The notes below the pieces were generated by a model. It did no database searches. It saw only the letters and a list, made by a program, of their open reading frames with translations, and was not told the DNA's origin. Positions 1 through 9,065 of a DNA stretch of 64,000 bases are shown piece after piece. The stretch is from a virus, in IMG/VR virus record IMGVR_UViG_3300020473_002200, positions 64,001-128,000 of that record; one strand, written 5' to 3'. Made by a program: the position numbers and the translations under genes. Numbering within the stretch: position 1 is the stretch's first letter; each line of letters starts with the position of its first letter.

Positions 1-33
1 TATCGAATGAATGTTCATTTGAAAGTCGAATAA

Positions 34-1635
34 ATGCCACCTTCCACCAAGCAGCGGCAAGTCAAAGAAATAATCAAGTGCGGAAAAGATCCAGTTTACT
101 TTTTTAATAAGTATGTGAAAATACAGCACGCCACAAAAGGCACTTTGCCTTTCAACACTTATGGTTTCCAGGATGAATGTGTTAAGGATTTTAATGACAA
201 CCGCTTTAACGTCATTGTAAAAAGTAGACAGCTCGGACTCTCTACGCTAGTTGCTGCTTATGCTGTTTGGTTAACTATTTTTTATAAAGATAAAAATGTT
301 TTAGTAATTGCAACTAAGCTAGCTGTGGCTCAAAACTTTATTAGAAAAGTTAAGTTTGCCATCCGATCTCTTCCTTCCTGGCTATTAATGCCAGAAATTA
401 TATCTAATAATAAGCAGTCTTTAGAATTCTCAAATGGCTCTATCGTAAAGGCTGTTCCTACGTCTGAGGACGCAGGCCGTTCTGAGGCTCTATCATTATT
501 GATTGTAGATGAGGCTGCGTTTGTTAGAAATTTTGATGATCTTTGGATGGGTCTATATCCTACACTTTCAACTGGTGGTCGTGCGATTATATTATCTACG
601 CCGAATGGTGTAGGTGGACAATACTACGATATATATACTCAGGCTGAATCTGGAGATAACGATTTCCATCCGATAAAGCTTCCATGGGATGTTCACCCAG
701 AGCGCGATGATGAATGGTTTGATAAAGAAACAAAAAATATGACCAAGCGGCAAATAGCGCAAGAGCTACTTTGCGATTTTCAATCATCTGGTGAAACGTT
801 CATAACGCAAAAAGATATTGAGTTTTTAATGATGTCAATTAGGAACCCCGTTGAGCGATGGGGCCCTAACAATGGCGTGTGGGTCTGGAAATATTCTGTA
901 CCTGGTAATAAATACGTAATAAGTGCAGATGTCGCTCGTGGCGATGGTGGTGACTTTTCTACATTCCACGTTATTGATACTAACGAGTCTGAAGTTGTTT
1001 GCGAATTTAAGGGCAAAACACCTCCCGACCAATTTGCGATTGTTTTAATGGAGGCCAGCAAAAGATATAATAACGCTACAATTTGTCCTGAAAGCAATAC
1101 ATACGGTTATGCTGTTTTAATGAAGTTAAAGGAATTAAAGTGTCAAGAAATTTATTTTGAAAAAGACAAAGATAGAATTTCTGCTCTTTATGGTGATGGT
1201 TCAATTTCAAAAGCGGGGTTTTCTACTCAAGGGCCATCAAGATCGAAGATACTAACAAAACTTGAGGAAGTAATAAGGAATAAACAGATTAAGGTATATT
1301 CTTCTAGATTTTATGAAGAAATGAAAACATTTATATGGAAAGGTTCAAAACCCCAGGCTATGAGGGGTAAAAATGATGATCTTGTAATATCTTTGGCCAT
1401 TGGCATATGGTTATATGATACATCTAATTTTCATTCTAAAAGCTCTGCCGATGTTAATAAAGCGATGCTAGCAGGATTTGGATCTGAATCAAATTCATTT
1501 GCTGGTTCTGTAGGCTCTTCTTTTGGTAATGAATACTTAAATAATGTTTTGAACACTCAACGCGCTGTCCCTTATGATAAGGTATCGCGATTTATGTCAG
1601 GAAGCATAGACACAGAGTTTAAATGGTTATATTAA
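34..1635 (+). CDS. gp17: Terminase large subunit (T4 gp17-like)
   Basis: N-terminal ATPase with KSRQLGLST (Walker A variant) and LLIVDEAAF (Walker B), LSTPNG coupling motif, C-terminal RNase H-like nuclease (ADVARG..DFS, DDLV); directly upstream of the portal. Confidence 0.93.
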   Translation: MPPSTKQRQVKEIIKCGKDPVYFFNKYVKIQHATKGTLPFNTYGFQDECVKDFNDNRFNVIVKSRQLGLSTLVAAYAVWLTIFYKDKNVLVIATKLAVAQNFIRKVKFAIRSLPSWLLMPEIISNNKQSLEFSNGSIVKAVPTSEDAGRSEALSLLIVDEAAFVRNFDDLWMGLYPTLSTGGRAIILSTPNGVGGQYYDIYTQAESGDNDFHPIKLPWDVHPERDDEWFDKETKNMTKRQIAQELLCDFQSSGETFITQKDIEFLMMSIRNPVERWGPNNGVWVWKYSVPGNKYVISADVARGDGGDFSTFHVIDTNESEVVCEFKGKTPPDQFAIVLMEASKRYNNATICPESNTYGYAVLMKLKELKCQEIYFEKDKDRISALYGDGSISKAGFSTQGPSRSKILTKLEEVIRNKQIKVYSSRFYEEMKTFIWKGSKPQAMRGKNDDLVISLAIGIWLYDTSNFHSKSSADVNKAMLAGFGSESNSFAGSVGSSFGNEYLNNVLNTQRAVPYDKVSRFMSGSIDTEFKWLY

Positions 1636-1682
1636 ATTTTAAAGAAAGCGATAATTTTAATATTATAGCATAGAGTGAGGAT

Positions 1683-3614
1683 ATGGCAGAAAAAGAAAAA
1701 AATTTATTTCAAAAATTAACTAGGTTATTTAGAACCGGTCCTGTTGTTAAGCGAAAAATAAAGACGTCTGCAACGGGCGGCTCAAAGTCTTCTGCTGCGC
1801 AACTTTTTAAGCGTGCGCATAGTGATATTTATAATAGCACATTAAGCGCATACGGTTCTTTTGATCGTATGGCTAGATATAGTGATTTTAGTGAGATGGA
1901 GGCTACTCCAGAACTCGCATCAGCATTAGACATTTATTCTGAAGAGACTGTTTCCCCTGATGAGCATGGTAGGGTATTGCATATATACTCTGATGATCCC
2001 CAAAAGCAAGAGTTGTTGAGCACTTTATTTCATGATACCATAAACGTTGAATTTAATCTTGTTATGTGGATCAGGAATTTAGTCAAATATGGCGATTTCT
2101 TTTTATTCAATGATGTTCATCCTGAGTATGGCATTATTAATACCTACCCGATCCCAATAACAGAAATTGAGCGTGAAGAGGGTTTCGATCCTGAGAACCC
2201 CGCAGCTGTTAGGTTCCGCTGGATAACACAGGGAAACGCTATATTGGAAAACTGGCAAGTTAGCCATTTCCGTCTTTTGGCAAATGACGCATTTTTACCA
2301 TACGGTACATCTGTTCTAGAATCTGCGCGTAGAATTTGGCGACAATTAATCCTTATAGAGGATGCGATGCTTGTTTATAGAATAATACGGGCTCCCGAAA
2401 GACGTGTTTTTTATATTGACGTAGGTAATGTACCCCCCGAGGATGTTTCGAATTATGTGGAGCAGGCAAAAGCCGCGTTAAAAAAGAGTACCGTCACCGC
2501 CAGCTCGACCGGTCAAGCAGATCTAAGGTATAACCCGATGGCAGTCGATGAAGATTATTATATTCCCGTCCGCGGTGGTGATAGTGGCACTCGAATTGAT
2601 ACATTGGCTGGTGGTCAAAATGCAACAGCTATAGAAGATGTAGAGTATATACAAAAGAAACTATTCGCAGCGCTTAAAATTCCAAAAGCGTATTTGGGTT
2701 ATGATGAAGACATTGGCGCCAAGGCGACTTTGGCTCAAGAAGACATTAGATTTTCTAGAACGATACAAAGGATTCAAAAAACAGTTATATCCGAACTTAA
2801 CAAGTTAGCGATGGTCCATCTATATTCTCATGGGTTTGACGGAGAAGATCTTTTAGATTTTGAATTGAGGCTCTCAAACCCATCATCAGTTGCTCAGCTT
2901 CAAAAGCTTGAACTAATTAGCACTCGGTTTGATATCGCCGGTAAAGTACCCGAGGGTATGCTCGACAAAACTTGGGTTCGTAAAAATGTTCTCGGGCTTA
3001 CTGACGATCAAATCGAAGGTGTTCTTGAGGGTCTTAAGAAAGACAAGCAAGATGACGCTGATCTTGAAGGCGGCGGTGATGCTGGTGGCGATGATGCTGG
3101 TGGCGATGATGATGAGGGAGGTCTTTTCGCCGTTGATCAAGGTGACGACAGTAAGCTTATGACAGCGCTACCCGTAACAGCGTCTACGGAGAGGTCACAA
3201 TTTTTAGAAGCTGATGAAGATGAAGATGAAGATGATTTACTCTTGTCTTTAGACGACGAAGATGCGCCCTTAAAGGCCCAAGAAAAAATGAAAAATGTCT
3301 GGGGCGGAGAAATTAAGCAAAGAAAAGATAAAAAAACATCTGCGTCAAGTGATATGCCAAATTTTGGTAATATGACGATGAATAAACGAAGCCAAGACTC
3401 AATGCGTCAACCATATAATAGAAGGCAATTAAATTCCTTCGAAGCATTTGAGAGAGATTTAGATAAAAAAGCATCTACCGGCCCAGTTATGTCACCTGAT
3501 ATTTTAAACATTTTAAGAAATATCGACAAATCTGGACTACTTAGTAATAAAAAGTTAGTTTTAAATGAGTTAAGCGACTCAAGTGAGCCTGAAAGTAATG
3601 AAGGTTCGAGTTAA
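1683..3614 (+). CDS. gp20: Portal protein (T4 gp20-like) with long acidic C-terminal extension
   Basis: LIEDAMLVYRIIRAPERRVFYIDVGN, EDYYIP.RG, IEDVEY..KKLF.ALK.P and QEDIRFSR motifs typical of gp20 portals. Confidence 0.93.
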   Translation: MAEKEKNLFQKLTRLFRTGPVVKRKIKTSATGGSKSSAAQLFKRAHSDIYNSTLSAYGSFDRMARYSDFSEMEATPELASALDIYSEETVSPDEHGRVLHIYSDDPQKQELLSTLFHDTINVEFNLVMWIRNLVKYGDFFLFNDVHPEYGIINTYPIPITEIEREEGFDPENPAAVRFRWITQGNAILENWQVSHFRLLANDAFLPYGTSVLESARRIWRQLILIEDAMLVYRIIRAPERRVFYIDVGNVPPEDVSNYVEQAKAALKKSTVTASSTGQADLRYNPMAVDEDYYIPVRGGDSGTRIDTLAGGQNATAIEDVEYIQKKLFAALKIPKAYLGYDEDIGAKATLAQEDIRFSRTIQRIQKTVISELNKLAMVHLYSHGFDGEDLLDFELRLSNPSSVAQLQKLELISTRFDIAGKVPEGMLDKTWVRKNVLGLTDDQIEGVLEGLKKDKQDDADLEGGGDAGGDDAGGDDDEGGLFAVDQGDDSKLMTALPVTASTERSQFLEADEDEDEDDLLLSLDDEDAPLKAQEKMKNVWGGEIKQRKDKKTSASSDMPNFGNMTMNKRSQDSMRQPYNRRQLNSFEAFERDLDKKASTGPVMSPDILNILRNIDKSGLLSNKKLVLNELSDSSEPESNEGSS

Positions 3615-3633
3615 ATTTGACGAAGGGAATACA

Positions 3634-4467
3634 ATGCCAAAGAGCCACAACAAGAAAAGAAACGTCGGTATTATTTTTGAGCAGCTAGTGAGATATGCTT
3701 CATTAGCGATAATAGAAAATAACCAAGATAAAGCTGCGAAGGTTCTTAAAATAACCAACAAATATTTTAAGCCAGGAACAGAGCTGTATAGGGAGTATCG
3801 TTTATTTAACGCCCTATATAGTACAACAATGCCATCTGAGAGTTTGGCAACTAGGATTATTGGTGAAGCAAAAGAGGCTGCTAAGTCATTCGATGCAGCT
3901 AAACTTTACAAAGAAAAATCTTCTTTGATTCACGAAATAAATTACGCCTTTAATGATCCAAAATTTTATTCCCAAAGGGTGTCAAGCTATAAAACGCTAG
4001 CCACCATTCAAAGACTTTTAGAAAGCTGGCGTTCAAATGAACCCGATATTGATTCTCAAGCGATTTATGAGGCAAAGCTACATAACTGGTTAGTGCAAGA
4101 GAAAAAAGTTGCAAATATCTCAGAGCTAAAGACGGAGGATGTAAATAATCTAACTGTCAATATTATGACTAAAAAGTTTAATGAAGCATTTACTGATGAG
4201 CTATTACCTGAGCAAGCCAGCTTATTACGAGACTATGTTTTCTCAATGGACAAAAAAGATAAGATCGCTAAGATTTTTGAGGGTAGAAAAAGAAATTGTC
4301 TTAGTGAGCTTAAATCATATTCTTTGACTTGTGATAGTGAAGTTGTTAAGTCCAAGGTCGCTTTAGTCAGAGAGAAAATTGAAAGTTTGCCAATAGAAAA
4401 TATTAATGATGATGTTGTTTCACGTTATTTAACGGTTATGAAACTAAGTAATGAGTTAAGGAGCTAA
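3634..4467 (+). CDS. Conserved-looking hypothetical head-module protein
   Basis: Long helical ORF between portal and protease; ATG at 3634 chosen because the upstream start overlaps the portal gene. Confidence 0.6.
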   Translation: MPKSHNKKRNVGIIFEQLVRYASLAIIENNQDKAAKVLKITNKYFKPGTELYREYRLFNALYSTTMPSESLATRIIGEAKEAAKSFDAAKLYKEKSSLIHEINYAFNDPKFYSQRVSSYKTLATIQRLLESWRSNEPDIDSQAIYEAKLHNWLVQEKKVANISELKTEDVNNLTVNIMTKKFNEAFTDELLPEQASLLRDYVFSMDKKDKIAKIFEGRKRNCLSELKSYSLTCDSEVVKSKVALVREKIESLPIENINDDVVSRYLTVMKLSNELRS

Positions 4468-4469
4468 AA

Positions 4470-5078
4470 ATGAGTAGAAAGCTACTGACAAATTGGTCAC
4501 AATTTGAATATTCACCTGAAATGGTGAATGAATCAAGATTAGAGAACGACGGTAAGGTTATCTTAAAAGGGGTATTGCAAAAGTCAGGAACCTTAAACCA
4601 AAATGGCCGTGTGTATCCTAAGCCAATCTTGGAAAGAGAAGTTAGGAACTATCAAAAGTTTATTCAGGAAAACAGAGCGCTTGGTGAATGCGATCACCCA
4701 GATAGCAGTGTTGTTGAGCTCAAGAACGTTTCTCACATTGTTCGTGAAGCCTATATGGACGGCGACGTCTGCTATGGAAGCGTAGAATTACTTGATACAC
4801 CAGCAGGTAAGATTCTTCAAAGTTTAGTAGAATCAGGTGTAACATTAGGTATTTCGTCTCGAGGCGTTGGCTCAACAAAGCGAAGTGGTGATCACCAAGT
4901 TGTTCAAGATGATTTTCAATTAATCTGTTGGGACTTTGTTTCTGAACCATCAACCCCTGGTGCTTTTATGATGAATGAAGGTAAGGAAATAAATGAAGCT
5001 GAGCTAAACACATTCTTTAACAAGTCTGACAGAATTGATAGAGTTTTTAACGACATCTTATCTTGGGAGGAAGAATAA
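4470..5078 (+). CDS. gp21: Prohead core protease (T4 gp21-like)
   Basis: NQNGRVYP, ALGECDHP (catalytic His), GISSRGVGS (catalytic Ser), WDFVSEPS motifs. Confidence 0.92.
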   Translation: MSRKLLTNWSQFEYSPEMVNESRLENDGKVILKGVLQKSGTLNQNGRVYPKPILEREVRNYQKFIQENRALGECDHPDSSVVELKNVSHIVREAYMDGDVCYGSVELLDTPAGKILQSLVESGVTLGISSRGVGSTKRSGDHQVVQDDFQLICWDFVSEPSTPGAFMMNEGKEINEAELNTFFNKSDRIDRVFNDILSWEEE

Positions 5079-5560
5079 TGCCATTAGATAATCCAAGGTC
5101 CGGCGGCCCAAATCACGTCGCAGAATATCAGCTTAGTAGTATTCCTTACGCTAGGCAAGGTACTGTTGCTAATTTATGTGGAGCTGCAATTGCGGTTAAT
5201 GTTGATCCACGCGAAGGTCAAACAACCAATGCAAATATGAGGGCTTTTACATTCCCCCGCGTGACTCGATGGATTTATATTGCAAACGGCGCCGGTGGTA
5301 CTCTAAGAGTCCATTTTTCTGAGTTATCCGCCGCGGCTGATGGTCATGCCGATATTGGCGGCGCTGTTGTTAATACCGCACATAAGGCTATCGTAATAGC
5401 AGCTAGTTCTAATACTATCGTTAGGTTACCATTAAGGGTTTCAAAAATTTACTTTCCAGATGGCGATAATGGTAGATCAATCCAGATTATTGCTGGTTTA
5501 ACAACTGTTGGAACTTCAGATTTTACTGGTCACATAGAACATTTTACGGATAATAATTGA
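5078..5560 (+). CDS. Hypothetical beta-rich virion/head protein
   Basis: ATG overlaps the protease stop (TAATG); small-residue, beta-strand-rich composition; lies in the head operon. Confidence 0.5.
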   Translation: MPLDNPRSGGPNHVAEYQLSSIPYARQGTVANLCGAAIAVNVDPREGQTTNANMRAFTFPRVTRWIYIANGAGGTLRVHFSELSAAADGHADIGGAVVNTAHKAIVIAASSNTIVRLPLRVSKIYFPDGDNGRSIQIIAGLTTVGTSDFTGHIEHFTDNN

Positions 5561-5561
5561 T

Positions 5562-5969
5562 ATGGCTAAAGTAAGTAGGGCAGTTTTAAAGAGTTTAGTT
5601 AAAGAGTGTCTTGTAGAGATTCTTAGTGAAGGTCTTGTCGGCGCTAGCGAGCAAATTCAAGAATCAAAGCAGATTTCATCTAGAAGAACAGCGCCAGCCA
5701 AGAAAAGAAAGCCAGTAAAAAAGGACGTTATCCCTGAAACTGTTAAGGGGATAACAGATGATCCTTTAATGCAGTCAATTTTTGCTGATACTGCTAGAAC
5801 AACGTTACAAGAACAAACAAACGCCGAAAGAAACCCTAGGGTGATTGCTGGCGACACAATTTCCACATCCGTAGCCCAGGAGGATCTTGGAGATCTTTTT
5901 GGAGAAGCTGCAAACAATTGGGCAAGTTTAGCGTTTTCTGAAAAGAAACTGCCCGGGCAGCATAAATAA
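5562..5969 (+). CDS. Hypothetical protein (possible prohead/internal protein)
   Basis: ORF in head operon; N-terminal amphipathic LKSLVKECLVEILSE segment. Confidence 0.5.
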   Translation: MAKVSRAVLKSLVKECLVEILSEGLVGASEQIQESKQISSRRTAPAKKRKPVKKDVIPETVKGITDDPLMQSIFADTARTTLQEQTNAERNPRVIAGDTISTSVAQEDLGDLFGEAANNWASLAFSEKKLPGQHK

Positions 5970-5999
5970 TATTATAGACTATTTTATTTGGAGCACATT

Positions 6000-6269
6000 A
6001 TGAAAAAGTCGGTTAAGTTAACTCCTAGAATTCTTAGAAGAATGATTCAAGAAGAAAAAAGAAGATCTGTTTTTGAAACCCTAGAGCAGGGGAATGAAGA
6101 TCCTGAAAAAGTTGATGCTGAAGAGGTTGAGGCTGGTGATTTAGCAACTGCGCTAGAAAAGGATTTAGATCATCTTAAGGCATTGAAGATTCAAGAAGCC
6201 AAGGCACGAAGAAGGCTAAAGAGAATCATAGAGAGTAAAAAAGTTCTGTTAAGAAAACTTTCTAAATAA
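6000..6269 (+). CDS. Hypothetical small charged protein (possible prohead core protein)
   Basis: ATG at 6000 with GGAG upstream; LRRMIQEEKRR motif and coiled-coil-like C-terminus. Confidence 0.5.
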   Translation: MKKSVKLTPRILRRMIQEEKRRSVFETLEQGNEDPEKVDAEEVEAGDLATALEKDLDHLKALKIQEAKARRRLKRIIESKKVLLRKLSK

Positions 6270-6278
6270 GGAGAAAAA

Positions 6279-6755
6279 ATGCCAACTCATAGACAAAATG
6301 TCGTTGAGGCTAAGGGTGGACCAAGTTCACGTGCACTCGGCGCTAGAGATGATAAAAGTATCCGGGCTTCCTTTCCAGGTTGCCCAACTTTCGAAATGAA
6401 AGATGATGATGTAAGGGCTCAATTTCAAGAGCTTGTACTAGATGGAAATGTAAACGACGAAGGCCATACCTTCGGACAAATGGATAGAGACTATACTGAC
6501 GCTCCAAACATGGAAGAAGTCGAGACAGGCGGTGGCGGTTTACCGGCTAGCCCTTGGGTTCCTAATCCTGTATCACCAGGCGAAGGCTCTGCAGACCCAA
6601 GTGATCAAGCAGATCCACCTGAAGGCTTCGGTCAAACGCCTTCTTCAACTCCTTTTGTTGGAGTAGGTGCTGTTGAAAGTCCAAAAGGCACTTCCGAACG
6701 CGCAGGACGTCATACATTAGGTGACTATAAACTCGGTAAAGGCGTCGGCAACTAA
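6279..6755 (+). CDS. Hypothetical Pro/Gly-rich protein
   Basis: AGGAG SD at about 6268-6272; ORF in head operon. Confidence 0.55.
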   Translation: MPTHRQNVVEAKGGPSSRALGARDDKSIRASFPGCPTFEMKDDDVRAQFQELVLDGNVNDEGHTFGQMDRDYTDAPNMEEVETGGGGLPASPWVPNPVSPGEGSADPSDQADPPEGFGQTPSSTPFVGVGAVESPKGTSERAGRHTLGDYKLGKGVGN

Positions 6756-6758
6756 GCG

Positions 6759-7304
6759 ATGACCCAACCTGCCTCACTTGGCAATTTAGCACATGGTTCC
6801 CGCCCGGATGATCGGGCGGGACTTGGTTATGGCCAATCAAATCCTAGATTCCACAAAGACCGGCAAGCAGTTAATTCATTTCCCTATAAAGAGGAAGATG
6901 AGCATGAGGACGAGGATATATCTGATATCCCAATAGAGTTACAAGATAAATTAAGAAAAGTTGTTAGTGGCTATCTTGCGAGCGACTACCTTGCAGTGAA
7001 GGGTACTGATCCTTTTTATTACGCTGCGGGCAACACAAGGTTTCATGAAGCTGTTGGAACAAGTATCGCTCCAATGCCTGGAATGTATAAAAAAAGAACG
7101 CAGGTTGGAGGCGGTGTTAATTCTCCCAAAGCATTTTCTCCTGGCAGTTTACAGCAGACGGGTAGCACAATAGGATATAGTCATCCGCACGTTTCAATCG
7201 GTGCAGACAGAGACATTCATCACTCTGATATTGATCAAGAAGATGAAGAGCTACCATTAAAGAGAGTTAGAATGGTAATTAGAAAAATGCTGGAAGATGA
7301 ATAA
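6759..7304 (+). CDS. Hypothetical protein
   Basis: ORF 3 nt after the preceding stop; ends in LKRVRMVIRKMLEDE. Confidence 0.5.
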   Translation: MTQPASLGNLAHGSRPDDRAGLGYGQSNPRFHKDRQAVNSFPYKEEDEHEDEDISDIPIELQDKLRKVVSGYLASDYLAVKGTDPFYYAAGNTRFHEAVGTSIAPMPGMYKKRTQVGGGVNSPKAFSPGSLQQTGSTIGYSHPHVSIGADRDIHHSDIDQEDEELPLKRVRMVIRKMLEDE

Positions 7305-7392
7305 TTTCATTTTTTTTAAGTAAAATAATTGAGAAATGGTAAATTTAACTTTCTAATCGATATTTACCATTTAGCAGACCATAGGTGGTGTT

Positions 7393-9033
7393 ATGACAAG
7401 TAATCTATATGAACAAGCAATCGCTGAAGCAAAGCAGCTTAAAGAGATGGCGGAACAAAACGCTAAAAATAAAATTATAGAGGCGGTAACTCCTCGAATT
7501 AAGGCTTTGATTGAAGCGCAAATATTAGGCGAACAAGATGATGTCGCCGATGATGAGATGTCTGGTGTAGATATTGCGATGATGACTGATGACGAAGAGT
7601 CTGAAGACGTTGTTGATGACACCCCTGAAGAAGAGGTCCTCGATCTTGTAGATCTAGGTTCTCTTCCTGAAGACGAATTACTGGAACCCCCCGCACTGGA
7701 AGACGAGATGTCTGATGAAGTCGAACACGAAATCGAGAATACATCTGTAACAGTAAATGCGCAGGGAGACGTTAATATTTCCGTTGCTGAAGGTCGCGGT
7801 CGGAACCGCGTTTTGAGCAAGAACACTCGTTCAACCACACTGTCGGGCAAAGTAAATCTCACAGAAAATTGTAATTCTGTAAGACGCCAGGCGAAAAGGA
7901 TGGATGCGATGCTTCAAGGCCTCCAGTTCAATAAGCTAAATGAAATGCAACGGACACTGATAAAAAAAGCATATCAGGAATTGCTTTCTGAAGCTTTGTT
8001 GATTAAGAGGCTGCTCCTTCAAGAGGGAGCAAACAACAAACTAACTACTTCTTATAAAGACATGATAAAGGAGATTAAGAAAATGACTAGAAGAAGCAGT
8101 GCCATCTTTCGCCGACTATTTGAGATTGACGAAATGGCAGATGAAATGAGAGAAGAAGATGAAGAACTCGCCGGTGAGGAAGAGATGGCAGATGAGATGG
8201 GCGACGAAGACGTAGGTGGCGAAGCCGACGTTGACGTTGATGCAGCTTCATCAGCTCTTGAGGATCTCGGTGTTGCTCTCGGACTAGACGTTGAAGTCGG
8301 TGCCGAAGAGGGTGGCGAGGAAGAAATGGACGATGAGATGAGTGATGAAGAGGAAGAGGAAATCGACCTTGGAGAAATCCACTTAGGCGAAGCCGACGAA
8401 GAAGATGAAGAAGATGAAGGCGCTCAAGACGAGGTTTACGAAATTGATGAGAATATTCTCCGTCGTGAAATCCGTCGCCTCCGTAGACTTCGTGAGTCCG
8501 AAGGCGTAGACGCTGCAGTGCTTGATGATTTTGGCGGTGGTGATGATGAAGGTGATGCTTTCGTCGACGTCGACGAAGATGATCTTATTAACGCGCTTGC
8601 TGATGAACTCGGTTCTGTACCTAAGGTCGCATCCGAGTCACGTCGTCGTAGATTTGCATCACGTCGTTCAAATCGTCGTGCAGCAAAATTGCAAACAGAA
8701 AACAAGAAGTTGCGTAAGCAGCTTTCAGAAATGAATTTATTTAACGCTAAGCTTTTATATGTGAATAAACTGATGCAGAATCGTAATGTGACACAGAAGC
8801 AGCAGCGTGCCATTGTCGAGGCTCTTGATAATGCCAAGACTATTCGTGAAGCTAAGTTCCTATATCAGGGACTTGCTAAGTCTCTCGTTAAGAAAGGTAA
8901 CAGAATTAACGAGTCAACCAATCGTCAGAGATTGTTGTCATCCGCTAGTAAGCCAACTCGCCGCGGTTCCGCCGCTCTTAATGAGGACGCAGTAGCATCA
9001 CGATGGGCAACATTGGCTGGCATCAAGAGATAA
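7393..9033 (+). CDS. Prohead scaffolding/core protein (gp22-like position)
   Basis: Very acidic coiled-coil protein immediately upstream of the MCP; C-terminal region LSEMNLFNAKLLY...AKTIREAK; many L/I-x-E potential gp21 cleavage sites. Confidence 0.78.
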   Translation: MTSNLYEQAIAEAKQLKEMAEQNAKNKIIEAVTPRIKALIEAQILGEQDDVADDEMSGVDIAMMTDDEESEDVVDDTPEEEVLDLVDLGSLPEDELLEPPALEDEMSDEVEHEIENTSVTVNAQGDVNISVAEGRGRNRVLSKNTRSTTLSGKVNLTENCNSVRRQAKRMDAMLQGLQFNKLNEMQRTLIKKAYQELLSEALLIKRLLLQEGANNKLTTSYKDMIKEIKKMTRRSSAIFRRLFEIDEMADEMREEDEELAGEEEMADEMGDEDVGGEADVDVDAASSALEDLGVALGLDVEVGAEEGGEEEMDDEMSDEEEEEIDLGEIHLGEADEEDEEDEGAQDEVYEIDENILRREIRRLRRLRESEGVDAAVLDDFGGGDDEGDAFVDVDEDDLINALADELGSVPKVASESRRRRFASRRSNRRAAKLQTENKKLRKQLSEMNLFNAKLLYVNKLMQNRNVTQKQQRAIVEALDNAKTIREAKFLYQGLAKSLVKKGNRINESTNRQRLLSSASKPTRRGSAALNEDAVASRWATLAGIKR

Positions 9034-9065
9034 CAACTTATTTAATATAAAAGGAGAAAAATAAA

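Noticed and set aside
217-246. Inactive terminase because Walker A lacks the canonical Lys (KSRQLGLST)
   Set aside because: K-x-R-Q-x-G-x-S/T variants are common in functional large terminases; Walker B and nuclease residues are intact.
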